Shown here one piece after another: positions 1-18,000 of a DNA stretch of 64,000 nt (position 1 is the first letter of the stretch; every line of letters begins with the position of its first letter). Made by a program: the position numbers and the translations under genes. This DNA is from Eledone cirrhosa (lineage: Eukaryota), in assembly GCA_964016885.1 (NCBI GenBank), contig OZ024740.1, positions 39,928,001 through 39,992,000 on the forward strand, read 5' to 3'. Under the pieces are notes generated by a model. The model was not told the origin of the DNA, did no database searches, and was given only the letters and a program-made list of their open reading frames with translations.

Positions 1-3000
1 ACACCACATCCTCTACATAACAAAGACATCATCACATCTTCTACATAACAGAGACAGTACCACATCCTCTACATAACAGAGACAGTACCACATCCTCTAC
101 ATAACAGAGACAGTACCACATCCTCTACATAACAGAGACAGCACCACATCCTCTACATAACAGAGACAGTACCACATCCTCTACATAACAAAGACATCAT
201 CACATCCTCTACATAACAGAAACAGTACCACATCCTCTACATAACAGAGACAGTACCACATCCTCTACATAACAGAAACAGTACCACATCCTCTACATAA
301 GAGAGACAGTACCACATCCTCTACATAACAGAGACAGCACCACATCCTCTACATAACAGAGACAGCACCACATCCTCTACATAACAGAGACAGTACCACA
401 TACTCTACATAACAGAGACAGCACCACATCCTCTACATAACAGAGACAGCACCACATCCTCTACATAACAGAGACAGTACCACATCCTCCACATAACAGA
501 AACAGTACCACATACTCTACATCACAGAGACAGTACCACATCCTCTACATAACAGAGACAGTATCACATCCTCTACATAACAGAGACAGTATCACATCCT
601 CTACATAACAGAGACATCATCACATCCTCTACATAACAGAGACAGTACCACATCCTCTACATAACAGAGACAGTACCACATCCTCTACATAACGGAGACA
701 GTACCACATCCTCTACATAACAGAGACAGTACAACATCCTCTACATAACAGCGACAGTGCCACATCCTCTACATAACAAAGACATTATCACATCCTCTAC
801 ATAACAGAGACAGTACCACATCCTCTACATAAAAGAGACAGTGCCACATCCTCTACATAACAAAGACAGTACCACATCCTCTACATAACAGAGACAGTAC
901 CACATCCTCTACATAACAAAGACAGTACCACATCCTCTACATAACAGAGACAGTACCACATCCTCTACATAACAGAGACAGTACCACATCCTCTACATAA
1001 CAGAGACAGTACCACATCCTCTACATAACAAAGACAGTACCACATTCTCTACATAACAGAGACAGTACCACATCCTCTACATAACAGAGACAGTACCACA
1101 TCCTCTACATAACAGAGACAGTACCACATCCTCTACATAACAGAGACAGCACCACATCCTCTACATAACAGAGACAGCACCACATCCTCTACGTAATAGA
1201 GACAGTACCACATCCTCTACATAACAAAGACAGTACCACATCCTCTACATAACAGAGACAGTACCACATCCTCTACATAACAGAGACAGTACCACATCCT
1301 CTACATAACAGAGACAGTACCACATCCTCTACATAACAGAAACAGTACCACATCCTCTACATAACAGAGACAGTACCACATCCTCTACATAACAGAGACA
1401 GCACCACATCCACTACATAAAAAAGACATCATCACATCTTCTACATAACAGAGACAGTACCACATCCTCTACATAACAGAGACAGTACCACATCCTCTAC
1501 ATAACAGAGACAGTACCACATCCTCTACATAACAGAGACAGCACCACACCCTCTACATAACAGAGACAGCACCACATCCTCTACATAACAGAGAGAGCAC
1601 CACATCCTCTACATAACAGAGACAGTATCACATCCTCTACATAACAGAGACAGTACCACATCCTCTACATAACAGAAACAGTACCACATCCTCTGCATAA
1701 CAGAAACAGTACCACATCCTCTACATAACAGAGACAGTACCACATCCTCTACATAACAGAGACAGCACCACATCCACTACATAACAAAGACATCATCACA
1801 TCTTCTACATAACAGAGACAGTACCACATCCTCTACATAACAGAGACAGTACCACATCCTCTACATAACAGAAACAACACCACATCCTCTACATAAAAAA
1901 GACATCATCACATCTTCTACATAACAGAGACAGTACCACATCCTCTACATAACAGAGACAGTACCACATCCTCTACATAACAGAGACAGTACCACATCCT
2001 CTACATAACAGAGACAGCACCACATCCTCTACATAACAGAGACAGTACCACATCCTCTACATAACAAAGACATCATCACATCCTCTACATAACAGAGACA
2101 GTACCACATCCTCTACATAACAGAGACAGTACCACATCCTCTACATAACAGAAACAGTACCACATCCTCTACATAAGAGAGACAGTACCACATCCTCTAC
2201 ATAACAGAGACAGCACCACATCCTCTACATAACAGAGACAGCACCACATCCTCTACATAACAGAGACAGTACCATATCCTCTACATAACAGAGACAGTAC
2301 CACATCCTCTACATAACAGAGACAGTACCACATCCTCTACATAACAGAGACAGTACCACATCCTCTACATAACAGAGACAGTACTACATCCTCTACATAA
2401 CAGAAACAGTACCACATCCTCTGCATAACAGAAACAGTACCACATCCTCTACATAACAGCGACAGTGCCACATCCTCTACATAACAAAGACATTATCACA
2501 TCCTCTACATAACAGAGACAGTACCACATGCTCTACATAAAAGAGACAGTACCACATCCTCTACATAAGAGAGACAGTACCACATCCTCTACATAACAAA
2601 GACAGCACCACATCCTCTACATAACAGAGACATCATCACATCCTCTACATAACAGAGACAGTACCACATCCTCTACATAACACAGACAGTACCACATCCT
2701 CTACATAACAGAGACAGTACCACATCCTCTACATAACAGAGACAGTACCACATCCTCTACATAACAGAGACAGTACCACATCCTCTACATAACAGAGACA
2801 GCACCACATCCTCTACATAACAGAGACAGTACCACATCCTCTACATAACAAAGACATCATCACATCCTCTACATAACAGAGACAGTACCACATCCTCTAC
2901 ATAACAGAGACAGTATCACATCCTCTACATAACAGAGACAGTATCACATCCTCTACATAACAGAGACATCATCACATCCTCTACATAACAGAGACAGTAC

Positions 3001-6000
3001 CACATCCTCTACATAACAGAGACAGTACCACATCCTCTACATAACGGAGACAGTACCACATCCTCTACATAACAGAGACAGTACAACATCCTCTACATAA
3101 CAGCGACAGTGCCACATCCTCTACATAACAAAGACATTATCACATCCTCTACATAACAGAGACAGTACCACATCCTCTACATAAAAGAGACAGTGCCACA
3201 TCCTCTACATAACAAAGACAGTACCACATCCTCTACATAACAGAGACAGTACCACATCCTCTACATAACAAAGACAGTACCACATCCTCTACATAACAGA
3301 GACAGTACCACATCCTCTACATAACAGAGACAGTACCACATCCTCTACATAACAGAGACAGTACCACATCCTCTACATAAAAGAGACAGTACCACATCCT
3401 CTACATAACAAAGACAGTACCACATCCTCTACATAACAGAGACAGTACCACATCCTCTACATAACAGAGACAGTACCACATCCTCTACATAACAGAGACA
3501 GTACCACATCCTCTACATAACAGAGACAGCACCACATCCTCTACATAACAGAGACAGCACCACATCCTCTACATAATAGAGACAGTACCACATCATCTAC
3601 ATAACAAAGACAGTACCACATCCTCTACATAACAGAGACAGTACCACATCCTCTACATAACAGAGACAGTACCACATCCTCTACATAACAGAAACAGTAC
3701 CACATCCTCTACATAACAGAGACAGTACCACATCCTCTACATAACAGAGACAGCACCACATCCACTACATAACAAAGACATCATCACATCTACATAACAG
3801 AGACAGTACCACATCCTCTACATAACAGAGACAGTACCACATCCTCTACATAACAGAGACAGTACCACATCCTCTACATAACAGAGACAGCACCACATCC
3901 TCTACATAACAGAGACAGCACCACATCCTCTACATAACAGAGAGAGCACCACATCCTCTACATAACAGAGACAGTATCACATCCTCTACATAACAGAGAC
4001 AGTACCACATCCTCTACATAACAGAAACAGTACCACATCCTCTGCATAACAGAAACAGTACCACATCCTCTACATAACAGAGACAGTACCACATCCTCTA
4101 CATAACAGAGACAGCACCACATCCACTACATAACAAAGACATCATCACATCTTCTACATAACAGAGACAGTACCACATCCTCTACATAACAGAGACAGTA
4201 CCACATCCTCTACATAACAGAAACAACACCACATCCTCTACATAACAAAGACATCATCACATCTTCTACATAACAGAGACAGTACCACATCCTCTACATA
4301 ACAGAGACAGTACCACATCCTCTACATAACAGAGACAGTACCACATCCTCTACATAACAGAGACAGCACCACATCCTCTACATAACAGAGACAGTACCAC
4401 ATCCTCTACATAACAAAGACATCATCACATCCTCTACATAACAGAGACAGTACCACATCCTCTACATAACAGAGACAGTACCACATCCTCTACATAACAG
4501 AAACAGTACCACATCCTCTACATAAGAGAGACAGTACCACATCCTCTACATAACAGAGACAGCACCACATCCTCTACATAACAGAGACAGTACCATATCC
4601 TCTACATAACAGAGACAGTACCACATCCTCTACATAACAGAGACAGTACCACATCCTCTACATAACAGAGACAGTACCACATCCTCTACATAACAGAGAC
4701 AGTACTACATCCTCTACATAACAGAAACAGTACCACATCCTCTGCATAACAGAAACAGTACCACATCCTCTACATAACAGCGACAGTGCCACATCCTCTA
4801 CATAACAAAGACATTATCACATCCTCTACATAACAGAGACAGTACCACATCCTCTACATAAAAGAGACAGTACCACATCCTCTACATAAGAGAGACAGTA
4901 CCACATCCTCTACATAACAAAGACAGCAGCACATCCTCTACATAACAGAGACATCATCACATCCTCTACATAACAGAGACAGTACCACATCCTCTACATA
5001 ACACAGACAGTACCACATCCTCTACATAACAGAGACAGTACCACATCCTCTACATAACAGAGACAGTACCACATCCTCTACATAACAGAGACAGCACCAC
5101 ATCCTCTACATAACAGAGACAGTACCACATCCTCTACATAACAGAGACAGTACCACATCCTCTACATAACAGAAACAGTACCACATCCTCTACATAAGAG
5201 AGACAGTACCACATCCTCTACATAACAGAGACAGCACCACATCCTCTACATAACAGAGACAGTACCACATCCTCTACATAACAGAGACAGTACCACATCC
5301 TCTACATAACAGAGACAGTACCACATCCTCTACATAACAGAGACAGTACCACATCCTCTACATAACAGAGACAGTACCACATCCTCTACATAAAAGAGAC
5401 AGTACCACATCCTCTACATAACAAAGACAGTACCACATCCTCTACATAACAGAGACAGTACCACATCCTCTACATAACAGAGACAGTACCACATCCTCTA
5501 CATAACAGAGACAGTACCACATCCTCTACATAACAGAGGCAGCACCACATCCTCTACATAACAGAGACAGCACCACATCCTCTACATAATAGAGACAGTA
5601 CCACATCCTCTACATAACAAAGACAGTACCACATCCTCTACATAACAGAGACAGTACCACATCCTCTACATAACAGAGACAGTACCACATCCTCTACATA
5701 ACAGAGACAGCACCACATCCACTACATAACAAAGACATCATCACATCTACATAACAGAGACAGTACCACATCCTCTACATAACAGAGACAGTACCACATC
5801 CTCTACATAACAGAGACAGTACCACATCCTCTACATAACAGAGACAGCACCACATCCTCTACATAACAGAGACAGCACCACATCCTCTACATAACAGAGA
5901 GAGCACCACATCCTCTACATAACAGAGACAGTATCACATCCTCTACATAACAGAGACAGTACCACATCCTCTACATAACAGAAACAGTACCACATGCTCT

Positions 6001-9000
6001 GCATAACAGAAACAGTACCACATCCTCTACATAACAGAGACAGTACCGCATCCTCTACATAACAGAGACAGCACCACATCCACTACATAACAAAGACATC
6101 ATCACATCTTCTACATAACAGAGACAGTACCACATCCTCTACATAACAGAGACAGTACCACATCCTCTACATAACAGAAACAACACCACATCCTCTACAT
6201 AACAAAGACATCATCACATCTTCTACATAACAGAGACAGTACCACATCCTCTACATAACAGAGACAGTACCACATCCTCTACATAACAGAGACAGTACCA
6301 CATCCTCTACATAACAGAGACAGCACCACATCCTCTACATAACAGAGACAGTACCACATCCTCTACATAACAAAGACATCATCACATCCTCTACATAACA
6401 GAGACAGTACCACATCCTCTACATAACAGAGACAGTACCACATCCTCTACATAACAGAAACAGTACCACATCCTCTACATAAGAGAGACAGTACCACATC
6501 CTCTACATAACAGAGACAGCACCACATCCTCTACATAACAGAGACAGCACCACATCCTCTACATAACAGAGACAGTACCACATCCTCTACATAACAGAAA
6601 CAGTACCACATCCTCTGCATAACAGAAACAGTACCACATCCTCTACATAACAGCGACAATGCCACATCCTCAACCTAACAAAGACGTTATCACATCCTCT
6701 ACATAACAGAGACAGTACCACATCCTCTACATAAAAGAGACAGTACCACATCCTCTACATAAGAGAGACAGTACCACATCCTCTACATAACAAAGACAGC
6801 ACCACATCCTCTACATAACAGACATCATCACATCCTCTACATAACAGAGACAGTACCACATCCTCTACATAACAGACAGTACCACATCCTCTACATAACA
6901 GAGACAGTACCACATCCTCTACATAACAGAGACAGTACCACATCCTCTACATAACAGAGACAGTACCACATCCTCTACATAACAGAGACAGCACCACATC
7001 CTCTACATAACAGAGACAGTACCACATCCTCTACATAACAAAGACATCATCACATCCTCTACATAACAGAGACAGTACCACATCCTCTACATAACAGAGA
7101 CAGTACCACATCCTCTACATAACAGAAACAGTACCACATCCTCTACATAAGAGAGACAGTACCACATCCTCTACATAACAGAGACAGCACCACATCCTCT
7201 ACATAACAGAGACAGTACCACATCCTCTACATAACAGAGACAGTACCACATCCTCTACATAACAGAGACAGTACCACATCCTCTACATAACAGAGACAGT
7301 ACCACATCCTCTACATAACAGAGACAGCACCACATCCTCTACATAACAGAGACAGTACCACATCCTCTACATAACAAAGACATCATCACATCCTCTACAT
7401 AACAGAGACAGTACCACATCCTCTACATAACAGAGGCAGTACCACATCCTCTACATAACAGAGACAGTACCACATCCTCTACATAACAAAGACATCATCA
7501 CATCCACTACATAACAGAGACAGTACCACATCCTCTACATAACAGAGACAGCACCACATACTCTACATAACAGAGACAGTACCACATTCTCTACATGACA
7601 GAGACAGTACCACATCCTCTACATAACAGAGACAGTACCACATCCTCTACATAACAGAGACAGTACCACATCCTCTACATAACAGAGACAGTACCACATC
7701 CTCTACATAACAGAGACAGCACCACATCCTCTACATAACAGAGACAGTACCACATCCTCTACATAACAAAGACATCATCACATCCTCTACATAACAGAGA
7801 CAGTACCACATCCTCTACATAACAGAGACAGTACCACATGCTCTACATAACAGAGACAGCACCACATCCTCTACATAACAGAGACAGTACCACATCCTCT
7901 ACATAACAGAGACAGCACCACATCCTCTACATAATAGAGACAGTACCACATCCTCTACATAACAGAGACAGCACCACATACTCTACATAACAGAGACAGT
8001 ACCACATCCTCTACATAACAAAGACATCATCACATCCTCTACATAACAGAGACAGTACCACATCCTCTACATAACAGAGGCAGTACCACATCCTCTACAT
8101 AACAGAGACAGCACCACATCCTCTACATAACAGAGACAGTACCACATCCTCTACATAACAAAGACATCATCACATCCTCTACATAACAGAGACAGTACCA
8201 CATCCTCTACATAACAGAGACAGTACCACATCCTCTACATAACAGAAACAGTACCACATCCTCTACATAAGAGAGACAGTACCACATCCTCTACATAACA
8301 GAGACAGCACCACATCCTCTACATAACAGAGACAGTACCATATCCTCTACATAACAGAGACAGTACCACATCCTCTACATAACAGAGACAGTACCACATC
8401 CTCTACATAACAGAGACAGCACCACATCCTCTACATAACAGAGACAGTACCACATCCTCTACATAACAGAGACAGTACCACATCCTCTACATAACAGAGA
8501 CAGTACCACATCCTCTACATAACAGAGACAGTACCACATCCTCTACATAACAGTTACAGTGCCACATCCTCTACAGAACAGAGACAGTACCACATCCTCT
8601 ACATAACAGAGACAGTACCACATCCTCTACATAACAGAGACAGTACCACATCCTCTACATAACAGAGACAGTACCACATCCTCTACATAACAGCGACAGT
8701 GCCACATCCTCTACATAACAAAGACATTATCACATCCTCTACATAACAGAGACAGTACCACATCCTCTACATAAAAGAGACAGTACCACATCCTCTACAT
8801 AACAAAGACAGTACCACATCCTCTACATAACAGAGACAGTACCACATCCTCTACATAACAGAGACAGTACCACATCCTCTACATAACAGAGACAGTACCA
8901 CATCCTCTACATAACAGAGACAGTACCACATACTCTACATAACAGAGACAACACCACATCCTCTACATAACAGAGACAGTATCACATCCTCTACATAACA

Positions 9001-12000
9001 GAGACAGTACCACATCCTCTACATAACAGAGACAGTACCACATCCTCTACATAATAGAGACAGTACCACATCCTCTACATAATAGAGACAGTACCACATA
9101 CTCTACATAACAGAGACAGCACCACATCCTCTACATAACAGAGACAGTACCACATCCTCCACATAACAGAAACAGTACCACATACTCTACATCACAGAGA
9201 CAGTACCACATCCTCTACATAACAGAGACAGTATCACATCCTCTACATAACAGAGACAGTATCACATCCTCTACATAACAGAGACATCATCACATCCTCT
9301 ACATAACAGAGACAGTACCACATCCTCTACATAACAGAGACAGTACCACATCCTCTACATAACGGAGACAGTACCACATCCTCTACATAACAGAGACAGT
9401 ACAACATCCTCTACATAACAGCGACAGTGCCACATCCTCTACATAACAAAGACATTATCACATCCTCTATATAACAGAGACAGTACCACATCCTCTACAT
9501 AAAAGAGACAGTGCCACATCCTCTACATAACAAAGACAGTACCACATCCTCTACATAACAGAGACAGTACCACATCCTCTACATAACAAAGACAGTACCA
9601 TATCCTCTACATAACAGAGACAGTACCACATCCTCTACATAACAGAGACAGTACCACATCCTCTACATAAAAGAGACAGTACCACATCCTCTACATAACA
9701 AAGACAGTACCACATCCTCTACATAACAGAGACAGTACCACATCCTCTACATAACAGAGACAGTACCACATCCTCTACATAACAGAGACAGTACCACATC
9801 CTCTACATAACAGAGACAGCACCACATCCTCTACATAACAGAGACAGCACCACATCCTCTACAGAAAAGAGACAGTACCACATCCTCTACATAACAAAGA
9901 CAGTACCACATCCTCTACATAACAGAGACAGTACCACATCCTCTACATAACAGAGACAGTACCACATCCTCTACATAACAGAAACAGTACCACATCCTCT
10001 ACATAACAGAGACAGTACCACATCCTCTACATAACAGAGACAGCACCACATCCACTACATAACAAAGACATCATCACATCTTCTACATAACAGAGACAGT
10101 ACCACATCCTCTACATAACAGAGACAGTACCACATCCTCTACATAACAGAGACAGTACCACATCCTCTACATAACAGAGACAGCACCACATCCTCTACAT
10201 AACAGAGACAGCACCACATCCTCTACATAACAGAGAGAGCACGACATCCTCTACATAACAGAGACAGTATCACATCCTCTACATAACAGAGACAGTACCA
10301 CATCCTCTACATAACAGAAACAGTACCACATCCTCTGCATAACAGAAACAGTACCACATCCTCTACATAACAGAGACAGTACCACATGCTCTACATAACA
10401 AAGACATCATCACATCCTCTACATAACGGAGACAGTACCACATCCTCTACATAACAGAGACAGCACCACATCCTCTACATAACAGAGACAGCACCACATC
10501 CACTACATAACAAAGACATCATCACATCTTCTACATAACAGAGACAGTACCACATCCTCTACATAACAGAGACAGTACCACATCCTCTACATAACAGAGA
10601 CAGTACCACATCCTCTACATAACAGAGACAGCACCACATCCTCTACATAACAGAGACAGTACCACATCCTCTACATAACAGAGACAGTACCACATCCTCT
10701 ACATAACGGAGACAGTACCACATCCTCTACATAACAGAGACAGTACAACATCCTCTACATAACAGCGACAGTGCCACATCCTCTACATAACAAAGACATT
10801 ATCACATCCTCTACATAACAGAGACAGTACCACATCCTCTACATAAAAGAGACAGTGCCACATCCTCTACATAACAAAGACAGTACCACATCATCTACAT
10901 AACAGAGACAGTACCACATCCTCTACATAACAAAGACAGTACCACATCCTCTACATAACAGAGACAGTACCACATCCTCTACATAACAGAGACAGTACCA
11001 CATCCTCTACATAACAGAGACAGTACCACATCCTCTACATAAAAGAGACAGTACCACATCCTCTACATAACAAAGACAGTACCACATCCTCTACATAACA
11101 GAGACAGTACCACATCCTCTACATAACAGAGACAGTACCACATCCTCTACATAACAGAGACAGTACCACATCCTCTACATAACAGAGACAGCACCACATC
11201 CTCTACATAACAGAGACAGCACCACATCCTCTACATAATAGAGACAGTACCACATCCTCTACATAACAAAGACAGTACCACATCCTCTACAAAACAGAGA
11301 CAGTACCACATCCTCTACATAACAGAGACAGTACCACATCCTCTACATAACAGAAACAGTACCACATCCTCTACATAACAGAGACAGTACCACATCCTCT
11401 ACATAACAGAGACAGCACCACATCCACTACATAACAAAGACATCATCACATCTTGTACAAAACAGAGACAGTACCACATCCTCTACATAACAGAGACAGT
11501 ACCACATCCTCTACATAACAGAGACAGTACCACATCCTCTACATAACAGAGACAGCACCACATCCTCTACATAACAGAGACAGCACCACATCCTCTACAT
11601 AACAGAGAGAGCACCACATCCTCTACATAACAGAGACAGTACCACATCCTCTACATAACAGAAACAGTACCACATCCTCTACATAACAGAGACAGTACCA
11701 CATCCTCTACATAACAGAGACAGCACCACATCCACTACATAACAAAGACATCATCACATCTTGTACATAACAGAGACAGTACCACATCCTCTACATAACA
11801 GAGACAGCACCACATCCTCTACATAACAGAGACAGTACCACATCCTCTACATAACAGAGACATCATCACATCCTCTACATAACAGAGACAGTACCACATC
11901 CTCTACATAACAGAGACAGTACCACATCCTCTACATAACAGAGACAGTACCACATCCTCTACATAACAGAGACAGTATCACATCCTCTACATAACCGAGA

Positions 12001-15000
12001 CAGTACCACATCCTCTACATAAGAGACAGTACCACATCCTCTACATAACAGAGACAGTACCACATCCTCTACATAACAGAGACAGCACCACATCCTCTAC
12101 ATAACAAAGACATCATCACATCCTCTACATAACAGAGACAGTACCACATCCTCTACATAACAGAGACAGTACCACATACTCTACATAACAGAGACAGTAC
12201 CACATCTTCTACATAACAGAGACAGCACCACATCCTCTACATAACAGAGGCAGTACCACATCCTCTACATAACAGAGACAGTACCACATCCTCTACATAA
12301 CAAAGACATCATCACATCCTCTACATAACAGAGACAGTACCACATACTCTACATAACAGAAACAGTACGACATCCTCTACATAACAGAAACAGTACCACA
12401 TCCTCTACATAAGAGAGACAGTACCACATCCTCTACATAATAGAGACAGTACCACATCCTCTACATAACAGAGACAGCACCACATCCTCTACATAACAGA
12501 GACAGTACCACATCCTCTACATAACAGAGACATCATCACATCCTCTACATAACAGAGACAGTACCACATCCTCTACATAACAGAGACAGTACCACATCCT
12601 CTACATAACAGAGACAGTACCACATCCTCTACATAACAGAGACAGTATCACATCCTCTACATAACCGAGACAGTACCACATCCTCTACATAAGAGACAGT
12701 ACCACATCCTCTACATAACAGAGACAGTACCACATCCTCTACATAACAGAGACAGCACCACATCCTCTACATAACAAAGACATCATCACATCCTCTACAT
12801 AACAGAGACAGTACCACATCCTCTACATAACAGAGACAGTACCACATACTCTACATAACAGAGACAGTACCACATCTTCTACATAACAGAGACAGCACCA
12901 CATCCTCTACATAACAGAGGCAGTACCACATCCTCTACATAACAGAGACAGTACCACATCCTCTACATAACAAAGACATCATCACATCCTCTACATAACA
13001 GAGACAGTACCACATACTCTACATAACAGAAACAGTACGACATCCTCTACATAACAGAAACAGTACCACATCCTCTACATAACAGAGACATCATCACATC
13101 CTCTACATAACAGAGACAGTACCACATCCTCTACATAACAGAGACAGCACCACATCCTCTACATAACAGAGACAGTATCACATCCTCTACATAACAGAGA
13201 CATAATCACATCCTCTACATAATAGAGACAGTACCACATCCTCTACATAACAGAGACAGTACCACATCCTCTACATAACAGAGACAGTACCACATCCTCT
13301 ACATAACAAAGACATTATCACATCCTCTACATAACAGAGACAGTACCACATCCTCTACATAAAAGAGACAGTACCACATCCTCTACATAACAAAGACAGT
13401 ACCACATCCTCTACATAACAGAGACAGTACCACATCCTCTACATAACAGAAACAGTACCACATCCTCTGCATAACAGAAACAGTACCACATCCTCTACAT
13501 AACAGCGACAGTACCACATCCTCTACATAACAAAGACATTATCACATCCTCTACATAACAGAGACAGTACCACATCCTCTACATAAAAGAGACAGTACCA
13601 CATCCTCTACATAACAAAGACAGTACCACATCCTCTACATAAGAGAGACAGTACCACATCCTCTACATAACAGAGACAGCACCACATCCTCTACATAACA
13701 GAGACATCATCACATCCTCTACATAACAGAGACAGTGCCACATCCTCTACATAACAGAGACAGTACCACATCCTCTACATAACAGAGACAGTACCACATC
13801 CTCTACATAACAGAGACAGTACCACATCCTCTACATAACAGAGACAGTACCACATCCTCTACATAACAGAGACAGCACCACATCCTCTACATAACAAAGA
13901 CATCATCACATCCTCTACATAACAGAGACAGTTCCACATCCTCTACATAACAGAGACAGTCCCACATCCTCTACATAACAGAAACAGTACCACATCCTCT
14001 ACATAAGAGAGACAGTACCACATCCTCTACATAACAGAGACAGCACCACATCCTCTACATAACAGAGACAGTACCACATCCTCTACATAACAGAGACAGT
14101 ACCACATCCTCTACATAACAGAGACAGTACCACATCCTCTACATAACAGAGACAGTACCACATCCTCTACATAACAGAGACAGTACCACATCCTCTACAT
14201 AACAGAGACAGTACCACATCCTCTACATATCAGAGACAGTACCACATCCTCTACATAACAGAGGCAGTACCACATCCTCTACATAACAGAGACAGTACCA
14301 CATCCTCTACATAACAAAGACATCATCACATCCTCTACATAACAGAGACAGTACCACATCCTCTACATAACAGAGACAGCACCACATACTCTACATAACA
14401 GAGACAGTACCACATCCTCTACATGACAGAGACAGTACCACATCCTCTACATAACAGAGACAGTACCACATCCTCTACATAACAGAGACAGTACCACATC
14501 CTCTACATAACAGAGACAGTACCACATCCTCTACATAACAGAGACAGCACCACATCCTCTACATAACAGAGACAGTACCACATCCTCTACATAACAAAGA
14601 CATCATCACATCCTCTACATAACAGAGACAGTACCACATCCTCTACATAACAGAGGCAGTACCACATCCTCTACATAACAGAGACAGTACCACATCCTCT
14701 ACATAACAAAGACATCATCACATCCTCTACATAACAGAGACAGTACCACATCCTCTACATAACAGAGACAGCACCACATCCTCTACATAACAGAAACAGT
14801 ACAACATCCTCTACATAACAGAGACAGCACCACATCCTCTACATAACAGAGACAGTACCACATCCTCTACATAATAGAGACAGTACCACATCCTCTACAT
14901 AACAGAGACAGCACCACATCCTCTACATAATAGAGACAGTACCACATCCTCTACATAACAAAGACAGTACCACATCCTCTACATAACAGAGACAGTACCA

Positions 15001-18000
15001 CATCCTCTACATAACAGAGACAGTACTACATCCTCTACATAACAGAGACAGTACCACATCCTCTACATAACAGAGACATCATAACATCCTCTACATAACA
15101 GAGACAGTACCACATCCTCTACATAACAGAGACATCATCACATCCTCTACATAACAGAGACAGTACCACATCCTCTACATAACAGAGACAGCACCACATC
15201 CTCTACATAACAGAGACAGTACCACATCCTCTACATAACAGAGACATCATCACATCCTCTACATAACAGAGACAGTACCACATCCTCTACATAACAGAGA
15301 CAGTACCACATCCTCTACATAACAGAGACATCATCACATCCTCTAGATAATAGAGACAGTACCACATCCTCTACATAACAGAGACAGTACTACATCCTCT
15401 ACATAACAGAGACAGTACCACATCCTCTACATAACAGAGACATCATAACATCCTCTACATAACAGAGACAGTACCACATCCTCAACATAACAGAGACAGT
15501 ACCACATCCTCTACATAATAGAGATAGTACCACATCCTCTACATAACAGAGACAGCACCACATCCTCTACATAACAGAGACAGTATCACACCCTCTACAT
15601 AACAGAGACATCATCACATCCTCTACATAACAGAGACAGTACCACATCCTCTACATAACAGAGACAGTACCACATCCTCTACATAACAGAGGCAGTACCA
15701 CATCCTCTACATAACAGAAACAGTACCACATCCTCTACATAAGAAAAGACAGTACCACATCCTCTACATAATAGACACAGTACCACATCCTCTACATAAC
15801 AGAGACAGTACATCCTCTACATAACAGAGACAGTACCACATCCTCTACATAACAAAGACATTATCACATCCTCTACATAACAGAGACAGTACCACATCCT
15901 CTACATAAAAGAGACAGTACCACATCCTCTACATAACAAAGACAGTACCACATCCTCTACATAACAGAGACAGTACCACATCCTCTACATAACAGAAACA
16001 GTACCACATCCTCTGCATAACAGAAACAGTACCACATCCTCTACATAACAGCGACAGTGCCACATCCTCTACATAACAAAGACATTATCACATCCTCTAC
16101 ATAACAGAGACAGTACCACATCCTCTACATAAAAGAGACAGTACCACATCCTCTACATAACAAAGACAGTACCACATCCTCTACATAAGAGAGACAGTAC
16201 CACATCCTCTACATAACAGAGACAGCACCACATCCTCTACATAACAGAGACATCATCACATCCTCTACATAACAGAGACAGTGCCACATCCTCTACATAA
16301 CAGAGACAGTACCACATCCTCTACATAACAGAGACAGTACCACATCCTCTACATAACAGAGACAGTACCACATCCTCTACATAACAGAGACAGTACCACA
16401 TCCTCTACATAACAGAGACAGCACCACATCCTCTACATAACAGAGACAGTACCACATCCTCTACATAACAGAGACAGCACCACATCCTCTACATAACAGA
16501 GACATCATCACATCCTCTACATAACAGAGACAGTGCCACATCCTCTACATAACAGAGACAGTATCACATCCTCTACATAACAGAGACAGTACCACATCCT
16601 CTACATAACAGAAACAGTACCACATCCTCTACATAAGAGAGACAGTACCACATCCTCTACATAACAGAGACAGCACCACATCCTCTACATAACAGAGACA
16701 GTACCACATCCTCTACATAACAGAGACAGTACCACATCCTCTACATAACAGAGACAGTACCACATCCTCTACATAACAGAGACAGTACCACATCCTCTAC
16801 ATAACAGAGACAGTACCACATCCTCTACATAACAGAGACAGTACCACATCCTCTACATATCAGAGACAGTACCACATCCTCTACATAACAGAGGCAGTAC
16901 CACATCCTCTACATAACAGAGACAGTACCACATCCTCTACATAACAAAGACATCATCACATCCTCTACATAACAGAGACAGTACCACATCCTCTACATAA
17001 CATAGACAGCACCACATACTCTACATAACAGAGACAGTACCACATCCTCTACATGACAGAGACAGTACCACATCCTCTACATAACAGAGACAGTACCACA
17101 TCCTCTACATAACAGAGACAGTACCACATCCTCTACATAACAGAGACAGTAACACATCCTCTACATAACAGAGACAGCACCACATCCTCTACATAGCAGA
17201 GACAGTACCACATCCTCTACATAACAAAGACATCATCACATCCTCTACATAACAGAGACAGTACCACATCCTCTACATAACAGAGGCAGTACCACATCCT
17301 CTACATAACAGAGACAGTACCACATCCTCTACATAACAAAGACATCATCACATCCTCTACATAACAGAGACAGTACCACATCCTCTACATAACAGAGACA
17401 GCACCACATCCTCTACATAACAGAAACAGTACGACATCCTCTACATAACAGAGACAGCACCACATCCTCTACATAACAGAGACAGTACCACATCCTCTAC
17501 ATAATAGAGACAGTACCACATCCTCTACATAACAGAGACAGCACCACATCCTCTACATAATAGAGACAGTACCACATCCTCTACATAACAGAGACAGTAC
17601 CACATCCTCTACATAACAGAGACAGTACCACATCCTCTACATAACAGAGACAGCACCACATCCTCTACATAACAGAGACAGTACCACATCCTCTACATAA
17701 CAGAGACATCATCACATCCTCTACATAACAGAGACAGTACCACATCCTCTACATAACAGAGACCGTACCACATCCTCTACATAACAGAGACATCATCACA
17801 TCCTCTAGATAATAGAGACAGTACCACATCCTCTACATAACAGAGACATCATAACATCCTCTACATAACAGAGACAGTACCACATCCTCAACATAACAGA
17901 GACAGTACCACATCCTCTACATAAGAGAGACAGTACCACATCCTCTACATAACAGAGACAGCACCACATCCTCTACATAACAGAGACAGTACCACATCCT

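Noticed and set aside
6755-6943. Cys-rich 62-aa ORF, or coding potential of the satellite
   Set aside because: Chance product of 2-bp deletions; the minus-strand frame hits TAG every 84 bp and the plus strand has TAA in each monomer
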